Shown: positions 9,845 to 17,871 of the stretch, piece after piece
Numbering within the stretch: position 1 is the stretch's first letter
Layout of the letters: the number at the start of each line of letters is the position of its first letter
From: Spirochaetia bacterium
GTDB lineage: Bacteria; Spirochaetota; Spirochaetia; CADAEX01
DNA length: 64,000 nt
Assembly: GCA_963662265.2 (NCBI GenBank)
Contig: CAXXHA010000010.1
Span: forward strand, 32,001 to 96,000
Direction of reading: 5' to 3'
Notes under the pieces: generated by a model
The model's input: only the letters and a program-made list of their open reading frames with translations
The model's database searches: none
What the model was told of the DNA's origin: nothing
Made by a program: the position numbers and the translations under genes

Positions 9845-11009
9845 CTTTTCCTCCGATTGTGATTGTTTTAACAAACTTTCGCAGTTTGTTATTCTGGTCA
9901 TATATTATCCAGGGCATATCCGCTTTTGGCATTCTGGCTCTCCCCATTTCTATAGAACAGGAGATACCCATAGCTGGAAAAACTGATAAATCTTTTTGAC
10001 CGTGGAAATTCTTTATTTGAATCATTAGAGACCTTATTGCCGTACGCATCATTGAAAGTTGAACTTGATTGCGAATATTGTCATTTCCTATATGTGTTTC
10101 AGGGACGGTTAAATCCCATATTGAAACATTATCCCCTAATACAGATTTGATTCGGTCATGATGTATGGAATCGCTCAAAGAAATAACAAGCACTGGTTGT
10201 CCCTCTGTGTTCTTTGGTTTTTTTATGATGAATTCGAATCCTTCTGGAAAATTTTGCCAGTGCCAGCCTTTGGGTTCTCTTAAAAGTTGATAGGTATCTA
10301 CAGATACTTTATCAGTGAATAACGCCCCTAGATGAATCAACAAAGGAATATCTGCTAAACAAAATAGCGAGAAATGCTTTGTCTGATCACTTTCAACAAG
10401 AGGTATTATCTTCTGGTTGAACATCCTGATTTGATGAGATAATTCAGATTCCCAAAATATTGACGTTTTGTCCTCGTGGGAGCATAACATTGATAGATCA
10501 ACTGATTTATCAGAAGCAGGATAGCGCTCTGGAAACATCGCTTCTATGGCTTCATCCTTCTGAAGCGGAGACCGTTGCTCGCCTATATTACTACCATAAA
10601 AAACTACATGGGATTTTTTGTTCGCTACAATTCCTGTTACGGATACAACTCTGTATTCATGCTCTCTTTTCCATTGCTGGAGTATTGAAGCAGAATATTT
10701 ACTACCATCTTTGTCTTGATCAATCGTTTTATGGCAGTCATGACACATAAGCATCAGGTTGTCTACATCATTAAGTTTCTGCGGCTTTTTTTGAAAAGGA
10801 CCCCACCCACGGGGGCCATCTTTTGAGAAAGAGTAAATGTGAGCTTTCTCCGAAATATTAACACGTTCTTGGGTAACTGGAGACTTGTAGAGTATTCGAT
10901 TACAACCATTAAATTGGCATCGTCCAGCAGCTCGTGCCCACAATTCTCGCTCTATTTCTTTTTTGATATTGCGGGTTATTTTGATTTCTTTAATAACATC
11001 TGTCCCCAT
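9837..11009 (-). CDS. HNH-SAVED CBASS effector (Cap5-like)
   Basis: LWARAAGRCQFNGC, KAHI...GPRG, NLMLMCHDCHKTID (HNH) followed by a SAVED-like region (FCLADIPLLIHLG, LSVFPAMG..SIEMGR). Confidence 0.88.
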   Translation of the reverse strand: MGTDVIKEIKITRNIKKEIERELWARAAGRCQFNGCNRILYKSPVTQERVNISEKAHIYSFSKDGPRGWGPFQKKPQKLNDVDNLMLMCHDCHKTIDQDKDGSKYSASILQQWKREHEYRVVSVTGIVANKKSHVVFYGSNIGEQRSPLQKDEAIEAMFPERYPASDKSVDLSMLCSHEDKTSIFWESELSHQIRMFNQKIIPLVESDQTKHFSLFCLADIPLLIHLGALFTDKVSVDTYQLLREPKGWHWQNFPEGFEFIIKKPKNTEGQPVLVISLSDSIHHDRIKSVLGDNVSIWDLTVPETHIGNDNIRNQVQLSMMRTAIRSLMIQIKNFHGQKDLSVFPAMGISCSIEMGRARMPKADMPWIIYDQNNKLRKFVKTITIGGKDD

Positions 11010-11020
11010 AAATATACCCT

Positions 11021-11254
11021 CTATTTCTTATCCTTTGGAGGACAGGGGTCATTACCATAACTGTTACCACCACGGATTTTTCCATCTCGACCATGAATCT
11101 TGGTATCAGATTTCTGGTTTCGGGCAATATCCTGTGCTATTTCAATTGCTTCTTGTTGAGTTGAGGTTACCTTTGTAGCCTTACTATTCCCGGCACCTTT
11201 AACAGCCCATCCATCTTCATGTTTAACGACATGCTGATTCTTTCCTTTTGCCAT
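11021..11254 (-). CDS. DUF2188-family small protein
   Basis: NQHVV...GWAVKGAG...TQQEAI..A..IA.NQ....IHGRDGKIR...SYGNDP pattern; AGGAGG RBS. Confidence 0.8.
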   Translation of the reverse strand: MAKGKNQHVVKHEDGWAVKGAGNSKATKVTSTQQEAIEIAQDIARNQKSDTKIHGRDGKIRGGNSYGNDPCPPKDKK

Positions 11255-11271
11255 CTCGGCCTCCTTGCATT

Positions 11272-11301
11272 TTCTCGTTCATTGAAACAGATGAACGAGA
11301 A
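11272..11301. promoter_or_regulatory. Perfect 11-bp inverted repeat containing a repeated 14-mer (candidate operator or hairpin upstream of the CBASS genes)
   Basis: TTCTCGTTCAT-tgaaacag-ATGAACGAGAA; TTCATTGAAACAGA (11278-11291) recurs exactly at 11868-11881. Confidence 0.65.
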
Positions 11302-11314
11302 TGATCAAAAAATT

Positions 11315-11872
11315 TTATTTAATTCTATAGTAATAGAATTCTTTACCACCACTCGGGGCAATTTCTTCTTGTCTTATTAGAAACCCCCCAGTCACTAATT
11401 GTTTAAGTTTCATGCTTGCATTGTTTAATTTCAGTTCCAACTCCTTCGCTACTTCAGCTGCTGTTATTGACGGCTTGGAAATAGCAAGCTCCAAAACTGC
11501 TTTTATTCCCAATTTTGGTTCTGTTCCAATTATCTGATACTCATTATCATTCCAGATAAACATTGGAATCTCTTTTTTAAGTGCAGCAGCATCAAGGTTA
11601 TCTATTAAATCAGGGTTCGTTACATCTGTAAGACAGATCCCTTTATCTCCCTTATATCGCCTAGCAACTTCCATTATACTTTCACGGGGAAATGAGGCAT
11701 CCAATCTACCTACATTTTTCAATGATATTAAAAAAAGAAGAGAAGTTGATTTTTCAATAATATTGAGGAGTTTTGAGTGTACTTCAATACCTTGTTCGCG
11801 ACCCCACCCATCATCTGATTCCATGAGATTTCGAAGAAGTATAGTCTCTCTTTTCTGCTTCATCTCTTTCAT
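11315..11872 (-). CDS. STAS-like + winged-HTH transcriptional regulator (CapS-like)
   Basis: N-terminal ISLKNVGRLDASF (STAS-type phospho-Ser loop); C-terminal ITAAEVAKELELKLNNASMKLKQLVTGGFLIR...GGKEFYY wHTH. Confidence 0.75.
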   Translation of the reverse strand: MKEMKQKRETILLRNLMESDDGWGREQGIEVHSKLLNIIEKSTSLLFLISLKNVGRLDASFPRESIMEVARRYKGDKGICLTDVTNPDLIDNLDAAALKKEIPMFIWNDNEYQIIGTEPKLGIKAVLELAISKPSITAAEVAKELELKLNNASMKLKQLVTGGFLIRQEEIAPSGGKEFYYYRIK

Positions 11873-11888
11873 TGAAACAGAAAACTAA

Positions 11889-12818
11889 CTATTTGTCAAG
11901 ACCAATATCTAATGTAATATGAGTTCCGGCGAAATCCATTGTCGTTTTTGTTATAGAACCTTGAGCTTCATACCCAAATATTTTTGAGTCTAGGGGTGTA
12001 AGGTGAAATCTGGAGTGAGGGAGTCGCACATCCAGAGTCGCATGAAATTTCAAAGCATGTTTTGCACATGTTTTTAGTCCACAACCTTTGTCACCACCAT
12101 CTTTTGAAAGGCCTTCGGAAAACATCAGTTCAATCAATTTTGCATCATCTGCATCTTTATATTGGGGATAATGATCTGTAATTTTTGAACGAAGGGAAGT
12201 CAGTAATCCTATACCGCTATCTGACACAGCAACTTTAACAGAAGTACCTTTTTTATAAACTTGAAAGGCGATAAAACCTTTAAGCTCAGTTTGACTATGA
12301 AGGTAGATATTTTCTACAAGCTCAGCAAAAAAAGTATAACAGGGAGTATCAAAAGAGGCCCTTATATTCTCGTCAGCAATATTGGATAGCAATTTATTAG
12401 CTAAAGTCGTAGGTAAGGAAGAATCTCTTGCTAAATTTACAGGATCTATTGGAATAATTTCAAGAACTCCAGAGTTTGTACCTCGAAATATATCTGCACC
12501 AGAAATATCTGGCCTTTCTGGGACAGTTGTTATATCATCTTCCAACTGATCAAAAAAACCTAATCTATTCATATATCCAAATGCACCATCTTCACCTTCT
12601 TCGAAATTAAGACAGACATTTTTTCCTGATTTGCATAGTTGGTTAAGATAGCTTAAAAGCCGAACCCCCGCATCTACCATGAGCTTTCCGCCATCAGGAA
12701 CAGTAATCAAGAAATCCGTACTATCTTGAATAGTCGTACCTTCAACCAGATTTAATTGATTTTCAAGATCCACACAGCTAATCCATTTTTCCGGTAATTC
12801 TATTGAAATCTGTCTCAT
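11889..12818 (-). CDS. Anti-sigma-factor-like GHKL kinase/ATPase with N-terminal STAS-like region (CapK-like)
   Basis: ELVENIYLHS (N-box), VAVSDSGIG (G1), GCGL (G2); no recognisable HisKA H-box; YMNRLGFF N-terminal motif. Confidence 0.75.
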   Translation of the reverse strand: MRQISIELPEKWISCVDLENQLNLVEGTTIQDSTDFLITVPDGGKLMVDAGVRLLSYLNQLCKSGKNVCLNFEEGEDGAFGYMNRLGFFDQLEDDITTVPERPDISGADIFRGTNSGVLEIIPIDPVNLARDSSLPTTLANKLLSNIADENIRASFDTPCYTFFAELVENIYLHSQTELKGFIAFQVYKKGTSVKVAVSDSGIGLLTSLRSKITDHYPQYKDADDAKLIELMFSEGLSKDGGDKGCGLKTCAKHALKFHATLDVRLPHSRFHLTPLDSKIFGYEAQGSITKTTMDFAGTHITLDIGLDK

Positions 12819-12928
12819 GCTTATTCGCTCCTAACTACACATATTTCCAAGAGAAATACTCAAATCCATTGGAAACTGTAAATTCCATATCATTCCCCAG
12901 AGCCTTAAAATGGGCTTTTCCACTCATA

Positions 12929-13810
12929 TCAATGATGCAGTATATCCACCGCATTGCTAGATATCTTCTGTATCGACTCAACCGATTTTTCGTAGTTCTC
13001 CTCTGCAACCCCTGTGTAGAGAATATCCATGATAATTATCTGGGAAAGCCTTGCGTATGAAGTAAGAAGGTAGTCATCAAGCTCCTCGTACTGGGAGGAA
13101 ATCTTTATGTCTGCCATCTTTATAAGGGGGGATCTTCCCGGGCCTGTTATTGCAATAGTTGCAGCGCCGTTATCCTTTGCAATCTTCATTGCAGTGTTGA
13201 CAACTTCTGTCTTTCCCGAATAACTGAGGCCTATTGCGACATCCCCTTTCTCTGTTAATGATGCTGCAATCCCCATCTCTGCAGGGTCGTTGTAGACAGA
13301 TGTCTTTATCCCTGCCCTGTAAAACCTGAGGTATGAGTTTTTTGCTGCTATGCAGGATGTCCCTACGCAGAAGAAATTTATACTTTTTGCATCCTTTATA
13401 GCACCGATCGCATTTAGGATCTCCCTGGTATCGAGGTTCTTGAGAGTCATCTGTATGTCTGAGATATATTCATTCTTTACACGTGATATGAGGCTGTCGA
13501 CAGGGTCGTCTGTGTTTATCCTGTCAAGGTCGTCAAGTTCACCTTTAGTCTCTCTTACAGATGAATCAACCTTTATAACTGCATACTTGAAGTTCTGAAA
13601 GCTGCTGAACCCGATTTTTCTTATAAATCTTGTTACTGTCGCTTCCGACACATCGCAGTTCAGTGCAAGCTGCTTTATCTTGAGATGTTTGAGCTCCTCC
13701 CTGTTGGAGAGAAAATATTCAGCCACCTTCACTTGAGCCTTGTTGAACGAAGGCATGAGGTTCTGTATTCTTACGAAAAGATTGTTTATAAAGATATCTT
13801 CCTGCGCCAT
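12929..13810 (-). CDS. RpiR/MurR-family transcriptional regulator
   Basis: LA..CDVSEATVTRFIRKIGFSSFQNFK HTH; SIS domain GLSYSGKT, IAITG...SPL. Confidence 0.92.
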   Translation of the reverse strand: MAQEDIFINNLFVRIQNLMPSFNKAQVKVAEYFLSNREELKHLKIKQLALNCDVSEATVTRFIRKIGFSSFQNFKYAVIKVDSSVRETKGELDDLDRINTDDPVDSLISRVKNEYISDIQMTLKNLDTREILNAIGAIKDAKSINFFCVGTSCIAAKNSYLRFYRAGIKTSVYNDPAEMGIAASLTEKGDVAIGLSYSGKTEVVNTAMKIAKDNGAATIAITGPGRSPLIKMADIKISSQYEELDDYLLTSYARLSQIIIMDILYTGVAEENYEKSVESIQKISSNAVDILHH

Positions 13811-13894
13811 TTCTTACAAAGTAAAAGAAATAATGCGGTTTTGCAATAAAAAAATAAAATATATGCAGTAATGATTCTTTGTATAGAAAAAAAC

Positions 13895-13922
13895 TTGACA
13901 GGAGAAAATGCTCTGGTATAAT
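13895..13922 (+). promoter_or_regulatory. Sigma70-type promoter of the DUF819 operon
   Basis: TTGACA (13895-13900), 16 nt spacer, TGgTATAAT extended -10 (13914-13922). Confidence 0.8.
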
Positions 13923-13930
13923 TCTTCCTG

Positions 13931-13970
13931 TATGAAATTCACTTTCATATGAAATGAAATTACATTTCAT
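13931..13970. promoter_or_regulatory. Tandem palindromic operators, likely bound by the divergent RpiR
   Basis: TATGAAA-ttcac-TTTCATA (13931-13949) and ATGAAA-ttaca-TTTCAT (13954-13970) just downstream of the -10. Confidence 0.7.
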
Positions 13971-14016
13971 ATCTCATTTGCCCGGCCGGCAGCAATTCTA
14001 CAATGGAGGAAATTTA

Positions 14017-15183
14017 ATGGAAAGTCTTATCTCTCCCGACAGTCTCGGACTGATCATTTCTGTAATGATGATAATGATTGCACTCGCTTTCTATCTTCAG
14101 AAATTCAGGGTATTCAGATCATTCGGCCCTGTTATCACAGTTATTATTCTCGGAGCTGTTTTATCCAATCTCGGCATAATGCCGAAATGGTCTGACAGCT
14201 ATAATTTTATTTTTGAATTTGCAGTACCTGTTTCGCTTTGTCTGTTCCTTCTGCATATTGATGTTAAAAAATTCCTTAAGGTTGCAAAAAACCCTATGCT
14301 TGCAATGCTTTTCGGTCTTTTCAGCATCTGTGTGGTTGCACTCACCATGGGTATTATCTTTGCACCGAAAATCGCAGAAGGATGGAAAATTGCAGGTATG
14401 TTTATCGGAACATATACAGGCGGAAGCCCAAACCTTACAGCTATTGCCCAGGGCCTCAAGGCTACTCCCGACACTATTGTTGCAGGTAATGCTGCAGACT
14501 ATGCAATCGGCCTTCCCACTATTCTTATTTTCATGGCGCTCCCGAGACTTATCGGAAAAGCCAAATGGTTTCAGAAATTCTGGCCCTACTCTCTCAACGA
14601 GGAACAGCTTGCAGCTCCTGAAGAGGAAAAGCTTTTCGGAAGCATAGACTGGTCAATTCATGATATTTCAATCCTTCTTGCAACAGCATTCACTGTAGTT
14701 TCAGTCTGTACCCTTGTTACAAGCCAGTTCTCAGACCTGATTGCAAGTGCGACAAGAATTCTCTTAATCACAACTGTTTCAATTATCATGGCGCAGTTTG
14801 AGCCTATCAAGAAGCTGAAAGGTTCTGTAGACCTGGGTTTCTATATATGTCTCTTCTTCCTCTGTGTTATTGGTTTCATGCTTAACATCAAGGAAGTGCT
14901 TAATGCTGCTCCCATGATTGCCCTCTTCTGTTTCTGCGTTGTTGCAGGAGCTGTGCTTCTTCATCTTGTGCTTTGCAGAATTTTTAAGATCGAATGGCAG
15001 TACTATATTGTTTCTTCTGTTGCAGCTATCTGGGACGGTCCTACAACTGCAATGCTTGCAGGGGCTCAGGGTTGGACATCGCTCATGCCTGTGGCAATTA
15101 TCCTGGGTGCCTTTGGAGAGGCCTGCGGAAACTATCTAGGTATCGGAATAGCATTTCTAATCAAATCATTTATCGGTGCCTGA
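14017..15183 (+). CDS. DUF819-family multi-pass membrane protein (probable transporter)
   Basis: About 10 hydrophobic segments, LSNLGI.P, GTYTGGSPN, GPTTA, GNYLG; GGAGG RBS before ATG 14017. Confidence 0.75.
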   Translation: MESLISPDSLGLIISVMMIMIALAFYLQKFRVFRSFGPVITVIILGAVLSNLGIMPKWSDSYNFIFEFAVPVSLCLFLLHIDVKKFLKVAKNPMLAMLFGLFSICVVALTMGIIFAPKIAEGWKIAGMFIGTYTGGSPNLTAIAQGLKATPDTIVAGNAADYAIGLPTILIFMALPRLIGKAKWFQKFWPYSLNEEQLAAPEEEKLFGSIDWSIHDISILLATAFTVVSVCTLVTSQFSDLIASATRILLITTVSIIMAQFEPIKKLKGSVDLGFYICLFFLCVIGFMLNIKEVLNAAPMIALFCFCVVAGAVLLHLVLCRIFKIEWQYYIVSSVAAIWDGPTTAMLAGAQGWTSLMPVAIILGAFGEACGNYLGIGIAFLIKSFIGA

Positions 15184-15258
15184 GTTACAGGAAATCACAG
15201 CCGGATTATTCCGGTATGTGATTATTTTAAATAATTACAGAGGAATACAGGCAGAGTA

Positions 15259-16527
15259 ATGATTAATAATAATATCAGTAAAAATGATTATATTGATTTT
15301 CTCAAAAAACTGATTGCGATCCAATCTGTTACTGGTAATGAAAAAGAAGCTGCTGAGTTTCTTAAAAAGAATTTTATCGAAAACGGTTTTGAAAACTGCT
15401 TCATTGACAGGTGCGGAAACCTTGTCGCACTTCTACCAGGCCGTGGAGAAGGTCCATGCATCATGCTTAACGGTCACCTCGATGTTGTGCCAGAAGGAAA
15501 TATGGATGACTGGCTCCCATATCATCCATATAACGCGGAACTTGATGATGAGGGGAACCTGTACGGACGGGGAACTTCTGACATGAAGGGGGGGCTTTCA
15601 TCCCTTTTCTTCACCATGCTTCACTTTAAAAAGCTCTCCGATGAGGGGTTTACACTTCCGGGAAACCTTGTATTCTCTGCAGTTGTCCATGAGGAAGCTG
15701 CTGAAATGCTTGGAATGGAGTATCTTATAGAAAAGACTCTTCCCGAAATAGGTATAAAATGCGACCTTGTGTGCCTTGCAGAGCCGACTGACGGCAACCT
15801 TGCAATTGGACAGCGGGGAAAGGTTGAGCTTGTAATAAGGACAAAGGGAAAAACAGCCCACTCATCTGTTCCGAAAGAGGGTATCAATGCTCTTGAAAAG
15901 ATGGGGCCTGTGCTTGATTATATTTTCAAAACCATGCCTCTTTCTCTTAAATCCAGCGATGTTTTCGGGGAAGGGACTGTTACAGTTACCGACTGTGTTG
16001 TGAAGCCGGGGGCTTTGAGCGTAATACCTGATGAATGCGAGATTTCGGTTGACAGGAGGTACATGCCTGATGAGACGATTGAATCGCTTCTTGAGGAATT
16101 TGAAAATCTATTCAAAGGCCTTAAAGAGAAGGACAGTGATTTTGATGCATCTGTTTCTGCAAGGTATTTCGATGAGACAACCTATACAGGCTACAGTAAA
16201 AACATCATGAAATATCATCCCCCCTGGATGATGGAGAGGGATAATATATTTGTAGAAAAAGCATTTGCTGCGCTTAAAAAAGCGGGTCAGAATCCTTCCA
16301 TCAAGTACTGGAAATCGGGATGCGACGGAAGCATGAGCTGCGGAATCCACGGGATACCCACAATAGGTTATTCGTGGGGTCTTGAAGAATGGGTTCATAA
16401 GCCTGGTGAAAGGGTAAATATAGACAAAATGCTTGAAACGATATCCGGATATATTGAAATTGTAAAAAATGTGATGGATGCTGATGAGTCATTCAGCATC
16501 GGAAAAAGCGGAAGGAGCGGGATTTGA
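15259..16527 (+). CDS. M20-family metallo-amidohydrolase (ArgE/DapE/YgeY-like)
   Basis: LNGHLDVVP, GRGTSDMKGG, HEE, AEPT, GKTAHSS, H.PGE. Confidence 0.88.
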   Translation: MINNNISKNDYIDFLKKLIAIQSVTGNEKEAAEFLKKNFIENGFENCFIDRCGNLVALLPGRGEGPCIMLNGHLDVVPEGNMDDWLPYHPYNAELDDEGNLYGRGTSDMKGGLSSLFFTMLHFKKLSDEGFTLPGNLVFSAVVHEEAAEMLGMEYLIEKTLPEIGIKCDLVCLAEPTDGNLAIGQRGKVELVIRTKGKTAHSSVPKEGINALEKMGPVLDYIFKTMPLSLKSSDVFGEGTVTVTDCVVKPGALSVIPDECEISVDRRYMPDETIESLLEEFENLFKGLKEKDSDFDASVSARYFDETTYTGYSKNIMKYHPPWMMERDNIFVEKAFAALKKAGQNPSIKYWKSGCDGSMSCGIHGIPTIGYSWGLEEWVHKPGERVNIDKMLETISGYIEIVKNVMDADESFSIGKSGRSGI

Positions 16528-17471
16528 AAACACTTATTAAGACAGATATTGAAACAGCTGTTAAAAGAGTACCTGAATGGGAGGGACTGGATGTTGATTT
16601 TAAACCGGCAGGCAACGGCATAACAAATCCCAACTTCATAGTTTCAGCAGCTGGGAAAAACTACTTCCTTAAAATCCCAGGGGCCGGAACAGACAGTTTC
16701 ATTGACAGGGACAACTGCCATGAAGCAAACCTGATTGCAATGGAATCAGGCTCAGGACCGGATGTTTTCAAATACTTTCCCGACACAGGTGTTGAAATAT
16801 GGGAATGGCTTGAAGGCTACAGGCAGCTTACTTTCGGGGATGTCTATGACAGGGAGATTTTCACAAAAATTGCCGAAACTGCCCTGAAGTTCCATTCATA
16901 CAGCGAAAAAAAGCTACCCCTTACGCAATCACTGTTTGAACAGGCAAGACACATGATAGAGAGAGCTGACAAACTCGGTTACAGGCCGCCCTGGTACGAC
17001 AGGATTATATTCCTCTTAAATACAATTGAGGAGGCTGTTAACACAGACGGAATAAATTTGAGCCCTTCACACAACGACCTCTGGACAAACAACTTCATGT
17101 ACAATCCGGAAACCGGGGATATGAAGATGATTGATTTTGAATATGCATCCATGAGCGATCCCTATAACGACCTGGGATGTTATTCAACTTCAAACTACCT
17201 TACAGAAGCTATGGATGTTGAACTCTGCAAAATATACCACGGAAGATGGGATGAAAAGGGTTTTGCAAGGATGAAGCTCTACAAGATTGTAGCTGACATT
17301 AAATGGGGCTACTGGGCGCTTCAGCAGTCGCTCTACTCTGATGTCGAGTTTGACTACATGGAATGGTACGGGGTCCAGTTCTCACGGCTCCGTCACCTCT
17401 GGCATGATCCAAGGCTTGACTACTGGATATCCCTCCTAAAGGGGACTGATATTTTTATCAGAAGAAAATAA
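16524..17471 (+). CDS. Choline/ethanolamine kinase-like phosphotransferase (APH superfamily)
   Basis: GITNPNF, KIPGAGT..FIDR, SHNDLWTNN, MIDFEYASM.DP..DLG. Confidence 0.82.
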   Translation: MKTLIKTDIETAVKRVPEWEGLDVDFKPAGNGITNPNFIVSAAGKNYFLKIPGAGTDSFIDRDNCHEANLIAMESGSGPDVFKYFPDTGVEIWEWLEGYRQLTFGDVYDREIFTKIAETALKFHSYSEKKLPLTQSLFEQARHMIERADKLGYRPPWYDRIIFLLNTIEEAVNTDGINLSPSHNDLWTNNFMYNPETGDMKMIDFEYASMSDPYNDLGCYSTSNYLTEAMDVELCKIYHGRWDEKGFARMKLYKIVADIKWGYWALQQSLYSDVEFDYMEWYGVQFSRLRHLWHDPRLDYWISLLKGTDIFIRRK

Positions 17472-17536
17472 AGCTTTAATTATTTATTCAGAACAATCTG
17501 ACCGGTGTCAGATGACAATAACAGAAGCCTGCATGT

Positions 17537-17606
17537 TGATATGAACCCCTTTTGTTGGACAAAAATCCAATAGCAGGGGTTTTTTCTTTTGAAATCAGGT
17601 TCATAT
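17537..17606. repeat. Hairpin/terminator that resembles an IS3-family end remnant
   Basis: AACCCCT..GTTGGA-caaaaa-TCCAAT..AGGGGTT followed by a T-run; outer ATATGAACC / GGTTCATAT inverted repeat; starts TGATATGAACCCC..GTTGGAC. Confidence 0.4.
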
Positions 17607-17871
17607 AACCTGGTAATTATCTGTTAAGTTATTTTTATTAAATAACAATGAAAAATTTTTATTTTCCCTTTTTCCCCTTTGACTGATAATCATATAATTG
17701 ATATATTACGGCTTCCCTTTGGATCGCATCCATAACAGCATGTCAGTTTATAAAAAGTTACCAGAATTATACGTATCTCGCAAAAAGTTCCCGGACAGGA
17801 AATTTCCGTTCCTTATAACAATTTAATTTCAGTAACTCAAAGAATATTTATTTTTAAAGAGGAAAAAAATA

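Noticed and set aside
7855-12928. Integrative element or prophage carrying the CBASS genes
   Set aside because: No integrase, transposase, tRNA target or flanking direct repeat was recognised.
13954-14016. N-terminal 21 codons of the DUF819 ORF in the track
   Set aside because: They overlap the operator palindromes just after the promoter; the GGAGG-preceded ATG at 14017 is the likely start.
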